Below are positions 30,296 to 39,461 of a DNA stretch of 64,000 nucleotides, in pieces; positions within the stretch are counted from its first letter, which is position 1, and every line of letters begins with the position of its first letter. The notes beneath the pieces were generated by a model. The model did not search any database. It was not told where the DNA came from and saw nothing but the letters and a program-made list of their open reading frames with translations. Position numbers and translations under genes: made by a program. The DNA is from Thermoplasmata archaeon (GTDB lineage Archaea > Thermoplasmatota > E2 > DHVEG-1), in assembly GCA_020054495.1 (NCBI GenBank), contig JAHWGK010000008.1, positions 2,883 to 66,882 on the forward strand, read 5' to 3'.

Positions 30296-31657
30296 ATGGC
30301 AGTGTCAAATCAATATGCTGAAATAAAAAAGCTATTAGATAAGTTTATTACTCCTAGCGAGTCTTGGACTCCTGTAGAAAAAGCACTTTTTACTCCTGAG
30401 ATGTTTTTTACAAATTATAAGAAGAATCAGGAGTTGCTTTTACCTGCGATAAAACATAGCTTCAAACATCACTATGAAAACAATGTTCTTTTCAAAAGAT
30501 TATGTGAAGTAGACAATGTCACAGTTGATAATATCAAAACATTAGATGACGTAAAAAAGATACCACTACTCCCTGATAGTTTTTTCAAAGATTATCCTGA
30601 AGGTAAAGGCTTTTTGACATGGTTGGATAACATATATACAGGCTCAACTCCAATGCCAAATTTCAGAACTGAAGCACCAGATCATGATGAGGTTATCGAG
30701 CAGTTTAACCAAAAAGGTGTTTCCATCATGTTTACAAGTGGTACATCTGGTAGATTCAGTTTTATTCCAAGAAATACAGGCTCATGGGATCGTCTTAGAT
30801 ACAATGCAATTAGATCTATTGTCGAATTAATGGATTATGATCCAAATGACTCTGTAGTTTTACTAATACCGGATCCAAGGCAGACCAATCTTACAATTGC
30901 TGGTCTTTTTGGTATAGCTTATGATTTATACAAACCAGAAAACATTCATGTTGCACTTGAAGACACAAAAATTACCACCCAGTTTTTACGTATGCAAAGA
31001 GCAGATACAATCGGGCTTAAAGAAAAAATAAAAGCAAAAGCAATGGCGAAATTAAGCCCAATTGTCCAGAAGAAATCAGACCTCAGAATGATTGCTCTTT
31101 TTGAAAAATTCGAAAAAGAAGGAAAAAGAGCAAATATTGCAGGTCCTCCTTTTTGGCTTAATAGAGTTATGGAAAGAATGATAAAAGAAGATAGAAAAGT
31201 AAAATTACCTGACAGTCAAGTTCTAACAGGAGGCGGCTGGAAAGCCGAAGAAGATAAAAGGGCGCCAGAGGAAGCCTTCCGGGAGAAAGTTGAAGATATT
31301 CTCGGTATTCCTCAAAATCGTTATCATGATGTTTATGCTATGTCCGAATGCAGCTCTGTTTTTTTAAGCTGTGAAGGACATTACAAACATGTTCCACCAA
31401 CAATTATACCGCTTGTTTTAGACGAAGAGCTTAAACCAATTGGCTATAATAAATTTGGTCGTTTTGCATTTATTGACCCAATACCTGACAGCTACCCAGG
31501 TTTTATTATAACAGGTGACAAAGTAAAACTGTTTGAAAAATGCCCAGTGTGTAATCATGAGGGGCCAGTACTTGACATTGAAGTTGCTCGCCTGCCAGGA
31601 GTTGAAGGGCGAGGTTGTGCAGCTGTAATGGCTGAGCTAATGGAATCGGAGGAATAA
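30296..31657 (+). CDS. luxE: LuxE-family acyl-protein synthetase
   Basis: FTSGTSG, TGGGWK, DVYAMSE, SYPGFIITGD, C-terminal GRGC with the putative acylated Cys. Confidence 0.82.
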   Translation: MAVSNQYAEIKKLLDKFITPSESWTPVEKALFTPEMFFTNYKKNQELLLPAIKHSFKHHYENNVLFKRLCEVDNVTVDNIKTLDDVKKIPLLPDSFFKDYPEGKGFLTWLDNIYTGSTPMPNFRTEAPDHDEVIEQFNQKGVSIMFTSGTSGRFSFIPRNTGSWDRLRYNAIRSIVELMDYDPNDSVVLLIPDPRQTNLTIAGLFGIAYDLYKPENIHVALEDTKITTQFLRMQRADTIGLKEKIKAKAMAKLSPIVQKKSDLRMIALFEKFEKEGKRANIAGPPFWLNRVMERMIKEDRKVKLPDSQVLTGGGWKAEEDKRAPEEAFREKVEDILGIPQNRYHDVYAMSECSSVFLSCEGHYKHVPPTIIPLVLDEELKPIGYNKFGRFAFIDPIPDSYPGFIITGDKVKLFEKCPVCNHEGPVLDIEVARLPGVEGRGCAAVMAELMESEE

Positions 31658-31661
31658 GACA

Positions 31662-32063
31662 ATGGTTCGTTTCCCATCCGATGAATGGATTAAAATATTT
31701 AAAGAAGAGCTGAATAAAAATAAATCATATGAAGAAGCCGCTAAAACATGGGAGGGAGACTTTCTCTTTGTGGTTACCCCTGATGAAGAATTAAAAGAAG
31801 AAGTTACTTTTTATGTTGATCTCTGGCATGGAAAATGTAAAGATGCATATCTTGTAAATGATAATAAAACAGCAGCATTCATTTTTAAAGGACCATATTC
31901 TAACTGGAAGAAAGTAATAAACAAAGAGCTTGACCCAATTCGTGGATTAATCAGGGGAATGTTCACTATTGAAGGAGATTCAAAGGTAATTCTTGACCAA
32001 TCTAAAGCAGCCCAAGAGCTTGTAAATACTGCAAGTACCATTCCAGTCGAATTTGAGGTATAA
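31662..32063 (+). CDS. SCP2 sterol/lipid-binding domain protein
   Basis: RFPSDEW, WEGDF, DLWHGKC, GPYSNWKKV...LDP. Confidence 0.85.
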   Translation: MVRFPSDEWIKIFKEELNKNKSYEEAAKTWEGDFLFVVTPDEELKEEVTFYVDLWHGKCKDAYLVNDNKTAAFIFKGPYSNWKKVINKELDPIRGLIRGMFTIEGDSKVILDQSKAAQELVNTASTIPVEFEV

Positions 32064-32068
32064 CTTAT

Positions 32069-33622
32069 ATGGGGAAAACAATAAACACTTATTTCTGGAA
32101 CCCTAAACTGGGTATCGATGATAATTTAGAGTTTAGTTATGAAGATGTTGGAAATGGAATTGAACTGAAAAAACCAATTTTTACTAAAGAATCTCTCAAT
32201 ATAATAATTAGCAGCTTAAAACAATCAAGACAAAATTACCTCCTCAATATTAACATTCCAGTTGTCTTTGATGTTATTGAAAAAGTAACAGAACTTTGGG
32301 CGAATCCAAATTATAAAGGTAGAAAAATTGCAAGAGAAGTTCTACCAACAGTCACTGGTTTTTCAGAACAAATGATTGACTCCTGGGGTTTTGATCATTT
32401 TATGAAAATCCTAAAAAAAGAAAACCTTCCTTTATTTGGAAAGTTAAAACCTGAAAATTATCAGAAATTTTCTGATCTTCAAGATGGACTTGTTAAAGCC
32501 TATGGCAAAGTAGATGTAAGTCATTCAAATTTTGAACCTGAAATAATAGGTCATATTTGTGCTGGAAACATCCTTGGCATTGCTGCTTTTGAAATGATTA
32601 TTGATAAACTAGTTGATGCAGCAACATGGATAAAGGTTCCAACAGAAGAACCTGTTTTTGGCGCTCTCTATGCTAAATCAATTGAAGAAATAGATCCAAA
32701 ACTAGCATACTCAATTGCAATTCTACCATTTGGAAGTAAGGATAAATTTGTTCAAGATTTTCTCTTTTCAAAATCTGATATCGTTCGTGCAACAGGTGGT
32801 GAACAAGCCCGAATAAGTTTAACAAATCTTGCAGAAAAACATAATATACCTATTTCTGGCCACTGGCATAAATTTAGTTTTATTACAATTGCAAAAGATT
32901 ACATGAATGAGCAAGCCAGTCAAATTGCAGAACTTGTTTCACTTGATGTAACTGCCTGGGATCAACAGGGTTGTTTTTCGCCACAAGAAATATTTGTTGA
33001 AAAAGGTGGAGAAGTTGATCCTTTAAAATTTGCTGAACTGCTTTCTGAAGAAATGGAAACAACTTCAATAGCACTCCCAAAAGGTACAAATTCTGGGAAG
33101 ATGCAGGTTTTAGATGGCTATCACCAATACTTCAAGAAAGAGATGATGGGGGAACCTGTGAAAATATTTCCTTCAGCGACACATCAATGGCTTGTAATTT
33201 ATGATGGAACAACTACACGTTTTGAACCGTCTCCATTATTTCGAGTAATTAGAGTAAAACCTGTGGATGATATAATGGAGATTCCTAAACTTGTAAAGCC
33301 ACTAGGAAGCTTCTTGCAAACTGTTGGTGTTGCAATTCCTAATAATCGTTTGATTCCTTTTGCAGATGCAATTGGCGAAGCAGGCGCAACAAACATACGT
33401 GCAATTAGCAGTATGACACTTCAAAAACCTTGGGAACCATGGGATGGAAGATTTCCATTGCATGAACTTTTTGAACATGATAATATCCGTTGGGTGAGTA
33501 TTAGCACAAGAGATATCGACAAAGAAATAGAAATAGCACTTGAACGAAAACGGTCAATTGTTAATCAACGTATTGATACTATCCAGCAAAAAGAACAGTC
33601 TACTTTGCATTTACCTGAATAA
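32069..33622 (+). CDS. luxC: LuxC-family acyl-CoA/acyl-protein reductase
   Basis: HICAGN, ATGG, HKFSF, catalytic DQQGCFSPQ, LQTVG, PWDG. Confidence 0.82.
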   Translation: MGKTINTYFWNPKLGIDDNLEFSYEDVGNGIELKKPIFTKESLNIIISSLKQSRQNYLLNINIPVVFDVIEKVTELWANPNYKGRKIAREVLPTVTGFSEQMIDSWGFDHFMKILKKENLPLFGKLKPENYQKFSDLQDGLVKAYGKVDVSHSNFEPEIIGHICAGNILGIAAFEMIIDKLVDAATWIKVPTEEPVFGALYAKSIEEIDPKLAYSIAILPFGSKDKFVQDFLFSKSDIVRATGGEQARISLTNLAEKHNIPISGHWHKFSFITIAKDYMNEQASQIAELVSLDVTAWDQQGCFSPQEIFVEKGGEVDPLKFAELLSEEMETTSIALPKGTNSGKMQVLDGYHQYFKKEMMGEPVKIFPSATHQWLVIYDGTTTRFEPSPLFRVIRVKPVDDIMEIPKLVKPLGSFLQTVGVAIPNNRLIPFADAIGEAGATNIRAISSMTLQKPWEPWDGRFPLHELFEHDNIRWVSISTRDIDKEIEIALERKRSIVNQRIDTIQQKEQSTLHLPE

Positions 33623-33627
33623 GGATT

Positions 33628-34740
33628 TTATTTAACCTTTTTGAACCTTGAACCTAGCTTTTTCATTACCTTTGGAAGAGTTGTATATTCCATATCAGCC
33701 ATTGGAAGACGATGTGGTTCAAAAGGACCATGTCTTCTCATATAATCAGTTATATGCTGTGCTTCTTTTCTTGTGATATCAAATGCAGGATCATCAAACA
33801 AATCAACTGGTTCTGTAATTTTTCCTTCCTTAAGTTGGAAACCAAGTGCAGTAACTCTAGGTGGGCCATCAAACCTTGTACATTTCGCATCTTTTACAGA
33901 AACTGGCATCAAAGGACCATTATGAGACCCTCTCATCCAGCCTGAGACAAGATGCCCAAGTGAAAAACCTTCAAGTACCTCTCCAACTGCAGGTAGTCCA
34001 GATTGCGCACGAACGATACCCGCGGGATCATCCTTTCCAACATACTCCCCAGCTATCTCATAAAGTTTTTCAGTTGATATTGCAGAAACTGGTTCATCTG
34101 ATGGTAACTTTGAAGTCTTTTTTGGAAATACTCGTTTTATTACAAAACGAGATTTTGCGCCAATTAATGCTAAAAGATCATACATTTCCTCAGGTGTTTC
34201 TAAAAATACATTTTTGTGTTCTTGGATATCCCATACTTCAAAAATAAAACCGTCGTGAATAGAAGGATCAATTATAAGCCCAGCCGTGTTAAATGGATCT
34301 GCAAAGATTTTGAAAATTGGCAAATTAAACGCTCCAGGCTCTGTTTTATCCATCATAAAGACAATAACCGGCTCGGCTTTTCTCTCTGTAAATTCTATTT
34401 CTGCTATACCTGGCCCCATTCCCTTTATATTACCTGAAAAAGCATCAGATAGAAGATCTTGACCTGCTCCATATAAACCAAGATCGCTTGCCCTATCGGT
34501 TGCTTCACAAAAAGTATCCCAGGCTAGACCGTGAATTTCTTTACTATCAACACCTTTTTTATGAGTCATAATAAGTTCGAGATCATCTCCGCAGTGTGTG
34601 ACATGAAAATCCATCAATAATTTATCTTTTTTAGCTTTCGATAATTTTTTCCTTGCAATGTCTTCAAGATCTGGATGAACTAAAGCATGTCCCGGCCATC
34701 CACCGACGTCTGCTTTAATTACACTAAAGGTAGTTTTCAT
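33628..34740 (-). CDS. fbp: Fructose-1,6-bisphosphate aldolase/phosphatase
   Basis: SVIKADVGG, LYGAGQDLL, DKTEPGAFN, YVGKDDP, GWMRGSH, RFDGPPR. Confidence 0.96.
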   Translation of the reverse strand: MKTTFSVIKADVGGWPGHALVHPDLEDIARKKLSKAKKDKLLMDFHVTHCGDDLELIMTHKKGVDSKEIHGLAWDTFCEATDRASDLGLYGAGQDLLSDAFSGNIKGMGPGIAEIEFTERKAEPVIVFMMDKTEPGAFNLPIFKIFADPFNTAGLIIDPSIHDGFIFEVWDIQEHKNVFLETPEEMYDLLALIGAKSRFVIKRVFPKKTSKLPSDEPVSAISTEKLYEIAGEYVGKDDPAGIVRAQSGLPAVGEVLEGFSLGHLVSGWMRGSHNGPLMPVSVKDAKCTRFDGPPRVTALGFQLKEGKITEPVDLFDDPAFDITRKEAQHITDYMRRHGPFEPHRLPMADMEYTTLPKVMKKLGSRFKKVK

Positions 34741-34855
34741 AGTTTTAAACCTCCTGTTTCCAGGGTATACAAACCATATTTATAAATGATTTGGAAGCCC
34801 TATTAGTAAAGTATATATTTTTCCCCCTATTTGGGATAAAAGGTTGATTGTTAAA

Positions 34856-36361
34856 ATGACGTTGAAAATATACAACACACTATCTAGAAAAAAAGAAGAT
34901 TTCATTCCAGTTGAAAAAGGAAAAGTAAAGATGTATGTATGTGGTATGACAGTATATAGCGACGCGCATATTGGTCATGCTCGTACCTATTTTGCTTTTG
35001 ATGTTATACGAAGATACTTTGAGTATAAAGGATACAATGTGACATATGTTCAAAATATTACTGATGTAGATGATAAAATAATTGCAGCAGCAAATCAAGA
35101 AGGTGTAGATGCTCTTGAATATTCGCAACGTTTTACTGATCGATGCCTTAGTGATCTTGACAAACTTGGCATTAGAAGAGCAGATATTTATCCAAAGGCT
35201 TCTGAGACCATACCTGACATGATAAAGCTGACTCAACAAATAATAGAAAAAGGATATGGATATGAGTCTGGCGGAGATGTATATTTTTCTGTTGAGAAAT
35301 TTAAGGATTATGGTGTACTATCAGGCCAGAAGCTTGATGATTTGAAGAGTGGTGCTCGTATACAACCTGGCGAAAACAAAAGTAGTCCACTTGATTTCGC
35401 CCTTTGGAAAAAAGCAAAACCTGGTGAACCATCTTGGAATAGCCCATGGGGGGAGGGCAGACCTGGTTGGCATATTGAGTGCTCTACTATGAGCAGTAAA
35501 TATCTAGGTCTTCCTTTTGATATTCATGGTGGTGGGATGGACCTTCGATTTCCTCATCATGAAAATGAAATTGCACAAGCAGAAGCTGCAACAGGTAAAG
35601 TTTTTGCAAAATATTGGATGCACATAGGGCTACTCACTATTAACGGTGAGAAGATGTCTAAATCACTTGGAAATATTACTAATGTAAAGGATCTTCTGGT
35701 AAAGTGGGATCCAGAAGTTATTAGATTATTCCTTGTCCAGACACACTATCGCAGTCCACCTGATTTTAATGAAAAAGGTTTAAAAAACGCTGAGAAAGGG
35801 CTTATTAGAATACATAGACTTAAAGAAAAATTAGAAAGTTTGTCAAATGACACTATTATTGACAAATTAGATGAAAAAAGTTTGAACCCTGAAGAAAAAA
35901 CCTACCTTAAAATCATAGATGATTTTAAAACAGAGTTTGAAACAGCAATAGATGATGATTTTAATACGCCGCAAGCAGTGTCTGTGATTTTTGAATTTGT
36001 AAACAAAAGTAATAGATATCTTGAGGAACACCCAAATCTAAATAAAATGTTATGTGGCTATGCGCTTGGTTCATTAAAAAAACTAGGTAATATTTTGACT
36101 TTATTTCAGCCTAGTATTGTTAAAAGTGAGGTCTCAGATGAAAAAATTCTTTTAGAAAAAGTGCAAAGGATTGTACACAAATATCAGGAAGATATAAAAG
36201 AGAAAAATATTGAAAAACTAGTAGATCTACTATTAGAAGTTAGAGAAAACGCGCGTAAGAAGAAAGATTGGGATACTGCTGATAATATTAGAAAAGAACT
36301 AGATGAAATTGGTTTTGAAATTCAGGATACAATTGATGGTCCTGTTTGGAGAAAAAAATAG
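34856..36361 (+). CDS. cysS: Cysteine--tRNA ligase
   Basis: MYVCG, HIGH, GRPGWHIECS, FPHHENE, KMSKS. Confidence 0.97.
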   Translation: MTLKIYNTLSRKKEDFIPVEKGKVKMYVCGMTVYSDAHIGHARTYFAFDVIRRYFEYKGYNVTYVQNITDVDDKIIAAANQEGVDALEYSQRFTDRCLSDLDKLGIRRADIYPKASETIPDMIKLTQQIIEKGYGYESGGDVYFSVEKFKDYGVLSGQKLDDLKSGARIQPGENKSSPLDFALWKKAKPGEPSWNSPWGEGRPGWHIECSTMSSKYLGLPFDIHGGGMDLRFPHHENEIAQAEAATGKVFAKYWMHIGLLTINGEKMSKSLGNITNVKDLLVKWDPEVIRLFLVQTHYRSPPDFNEKGLKNAEKGLIRIHRLKEKLESLSNDTIIDKLDEKSLNPEEKTYLKIIDDFKTEFETAIDDDFNTPQAVSVIFEFVNKSNRYLEEHPNLNKMLCGYALGSLKKLGNILTLFQPSIVKSEVSDEKILLEKVQRIVHKYQEDIKEKNIEKLVDLLLEVRENARKKKDWDTADNIRKELDEIGFEIQDTIDGPVWRKK

Positions 36362-36364
36362 ATT

Positions 36365-36772
36365 ATGAAAAAAATTCTTTTGGGTTTTGATGGGTCAGAG
36401 GGATCTGAACAGGCTTTGAATAGAGCTATGATGATGATTGATGAATATGAAGAGTTAATAATATTAGCAGTTATCCCAAGTTTAGCAGATAAAGCATTTG
36501 TTGATGAAGAAATGTATAAGAAAATGAAGAAAAAAGCAGAGAACCTAATTCATGATGTTATCGAGGACATTGGAGACCATGAATTTACTATTACCGGCAT
36601 GGTTGAAGAGGGTGATCCTGCTGCAATAATTATCGATGTATCAAATAGGTTAAAAGTTGATTTAATTGTTCTTGGCAGTAAGGGCACAAGCGAGCTTGGA
36701 CAATATCTTATTGGTAGCGTTGCAAATAAAGTTGTACAGTATGCACATAAACCAGTTATGGTTGTAAGATAA
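36365..36772 (+). CDS. Universal stress protein
   Basis: KKILLGFDGS, GDPA, DLIVLGSKG, IGSVANKV. Confidence 0.92.
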   Translation: MKKILLGFDGSEGSEQALNRAMMMIDEYEELIILAVIPSLADKAFVDEEMYKKMKKKAENLIHDVIEDIGDHEFTITGMVEEGDPAAIIIDVSNRLKVDLIVLGSKGTSELGQYLIGSVANKVVQYAHKPVMVVR

Positions 36773-36868
36773 GGGTTTTATAATAAAAGGATAAAAATTT
36801 TTTTTATAAAATTTTTTAATATATTAAAAAGTTTTAAATCTTACAAAAGTATTATAACTTATAAAGTG

Positions 36869-36884
36869 ATTAACACTTGTTAAT
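36869..36884. promoter_or_regulatory. Palindrome ATTAACA-CT-TGTTAAT upstream of first C25 gene
   Basis: Same core TTAACA-N2-TGTTAA as at 41946-41959; core starts 18 bp after a TTATAA box. Confidence 0.55.
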
Positions 36885-36901
36885 TAGTGGAGGTAGTGTA
36901 T

Positions 36902-39451
36902 ATGAGAAAGACAATGTTGGGAATTTTAGTGAGTATGTTAATGATTGGAAGTGTCTTAGCTAGTGCTACAGTAATTGAAAACAAAGAGTATCTAAAAAAT
37001 GAAAAAACAAGTTTTTTTGAAATTGAAGATGGTGAAATAAGTGTTACAACGCCTATAGGAAGCTACGAAATTAAACAAACTGATCAAGGCGACTATGTTT
37101 CTGTTGAAGATTTTGGTCGGCTTTTAATTCCAGGAAAACCTGAACTTCCAACAAAGATTTATGCAATTGCTATTCCACCCGCCGCTGAATTTGATGATGT
37201 AACTTATGAAATTGGTGAAGGAATCGAACTTCCTGGAGAATATAACGTAATACCAACTCCTCTCCCAAAGGTAATTGGGGTTGAAGACCCAGAAGTTCGT
37301 GAAAAAGAAGAGCAAATTTATAATGAAAATTATGAAAATACATATAACAGCGATGATCAGTATCCTACTTCAGTAGTAGAATTTGAGCGAACTGCAGGTT
37401 TTAGAAAATATAATCTAGTTGATGTGAAAGTAACTCCTTTTTCGTATAAACCATTATCTGGCAAACTTACTTTTTATCCAGATATAACCATCCATGTAAG
37501 TTATACATTTCCCGAGGGTACAGACCCCACTGAAATCATGTTTGATGAAGTAGAAAGCTTTGAACAAAGAGCAAGTGAGTTCATACTAAATCATGAAACA
37601 GCGAAAGGTTGGTATACGCCAGGAAAGAGCGGAAGAGAAACCTATGATTATATAATTATTACCCTTGATTCTCTGACCTCATCTGTAGACCCATTAGTTG
37701 ATTGGGAAGAAGTAAAAGGACGGAGTGTAAAAGTTGTCACAACTTCTTGGATCAATTCAAATTATGATGGATATGATTTAGCAGAAAAGATAAGGAATTT
37801 TTTAATAGACAAATATCCTTCAAGTGAATGGGGAATTGAGTATGTATGTTTAATTGGTGATTATGATGATGTATCAATTCGTCGTACGGCACAGAATACA
37901 GGTTACGGAAGGCCTGAAACTGATTTCTATCATGCCGAGCTTACATTACCTGACAGTCAATCATGGGATGCGGATGGAGATCATCAATATGGTGAAAACT
38001 CTGATCCCGTTGATTTCTATGCAGAAGTTTATGTCGGTAGAATTCCATGGAGCACCCCGTCAATCGTAGAAAGTATTTGCGAAAAGACAGCTGCCTATGA
38101 AGGGGAGATTGATCCTTCATTTAAGAAAAATATACTTCTTTTAGGTGCGTATTTCTGGCCTGATACAGATAACGCGGTATTAATGGAATACAAAACAGAT
38201 GACAGTATACATCCATGGATGTCTGATTGGACAATGACAAAAATGTATGAACAAGGTCAATCTTCATATCCAATGGATTACAACCTGGACTACAATAACG
38301 TTAAATCTGTCTGGTCGTCAGGAACTTTTGCTTTTGTAAACTGGGCTGGACATGGTTCACCAACTGCATGTTATGAATATTATCCCTCACAAGCTTTTGT
38401 TGATACAAACACCTGTAATTATCTGAATGATGATTACCCGGCAATCGTTTTTGCAGATGCGTGTAGTAACTCTGATACCGATGAAGACAACATTGGCCAG
38501 ATGATGCTGAAACAAGGCGCAGTAGGCTTTCTTGGAGCAACTAAAGTAGCATATGGAATGCCTGCATGGAGCAATCCATTGAGTGGTTCCAGCCAATCTA
38601 TGGATTATTTCTTTACAACAGGTTGTACAGAGGGGATTTTAACTCAAGGTGAATCCCATCAATTAGCTTTACAAGAAATGTATGAAAATGATTTATGGTA
38701 CTATCAGAAATATGAGCATTTTCAATGGGGCGCACTATGGGGTAATCCAGATCTAACAATGGGTGAAGTTGTAACAACTGAACCGCCAAGCATTCCAATT
38801 ATAGATGGTCCAACTGCGGGTGTACCTCATGACCAGTTGACATTTACAGTCGAATCAATTGATCCTGATGGAGATATGATTTATTATAAGTGGGATTTGG
38901 GTAATGGCGAAGTGACTTTCTGGTATGGACCTTATAATTCTGGAGAAACTATAGAGTTTACTTATGAATATTTGGAGGTTGGAATATATGAGGTTAAGGC
39001 ATATGCAAAAGATATAAACCAAAGAACTAGTGAAGACTGGTCAGATCCGATTACGGTAACAATTGGCGATAATCGTGCTCCAGAAAAACCAACAATCACT
39101 GGACCAACCTCTGGAAAAGTTGGAGTACCCCTAGATTTCACATTTGTATCAACTGATCCCGATGGGCACGATATATATTATATGGTTCTATGGGGAGACG
39201 GCAATATGGAAGACTATACAGGACCATATGCATCAGGTGAAGAAGCAACATTTAGCCATGTATGGAGCTCAGTAGGTGAATTTAATATTATTGTAAAAGC
39301 AAAAGATCAATACGAAGCGAAAAGCCCACAGAACAATCTCAAATTAAGGATACAACTGAGCAGAGCCATAACTAACCCAGTATTATTTCGGATTCTTGAA
39401 AATCTAATGAGTCATTTTCCACTGTTAAATCATCTACTTTTAAACATATAG
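36902..39451 (+). CDS. Secreted C25 (gingipain-like) cysteine peptidase with propeptide and PKD domains
   Basis: Signal peptide; PGKPELP propeptide; YVCLIGD, VGRIP, AGHGS, DACS, LWGNP; two PKD repeats. Confidence 0.85.
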   Translation: MRKTMLGILVSMLMIGSVLASATVIENKEYLKNEKTSFFEIEDGEISVTTPIGSYEIKQTDQGDYVSVEDFGRLLIPGKPELPTKIYAIAIPPAAEFDDVTYEIGEGIELPGEYNVIPTPLPKVIGVEDPEVREKEEQIYNENYENTYNSDDQYPTSVVEFERTAGFRKYNLVDVKVTPFSYKPLSGKLTFYPDITIHVSYTFPEGTDPTEIMFDEVESFEQRASEFILNHETAKGWYTPGKSGRETYDYIIITLDSLTSSVDPLVDWEEVKGRSVKVVTTSWINSNYDGYDLAEKIRNFLIDKYPSSEWGIEYVCLIGDYDDVSIRRTAQNTGYGRPETDFYHAELTLPDSQSWDADGDHQYGENSDPVDFYAEVYVGRIPWSTPSIVESICEKTAAYEGEIDPSFKKNILLLGAYFWPDTDNAVLMEYKTDDSIHPWMSDWTMTKMYEQGQSSYPMDYNLDYNNVKSVWSSGTFAFVNWAGHGSPTACYEYYPSQAFVDTNTCNYLNDDYPAIVFADACSNSDTDEDNIGQMMLKQGAVGFLGATKVAYGMPAWSNPLSGSSQSMDYFFTTGCTEGILTQGESHQLALQEMYENDLWYYQKYEHFQWGALWGNPDLTMGEVVTTEPPSIPIIDGPTAGVPHDQLTFTVESIDPDGDMIYYKWDLGNGEVTFWYGPYNSGETIEFTYEYLEVGIYEVKAYAKDINQRTSEDWSDPITVTIGDNRAPEKPTITGPTSGKVGVPLDFTFVSTDPDGHDIYYMVLWGDGNMEDYTGPYASGEEATFSHVWSSVGEFNIIVKAKDQYEAKSPQNNLKLRIQLSRAITNPVLFRILENLMSHFPLLNHLLLNI
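39080..39385 (+). repeat. Shared C-terminal PKD cassette, copy B
   Basis: 39182-39301 reads identical to 41628-41747. Confidence 0.9.
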
Positions 39452-39461
39452 AGGCATTAAA

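Noticed and set aside
30296-33622. Bioluminescence operon
   Set aside because: No luxA, luxB, luxD or luxG in the window; neighbours are lipid carriers and flavoproteins
36359-36367. Amber readthrough fusing CysRS to the USP (TAG-ATT-ATG in frame)
   Set aside because: Both proteins look complete, in-frame spacing is expected by chance one time in three, and no pyl genes are in the window
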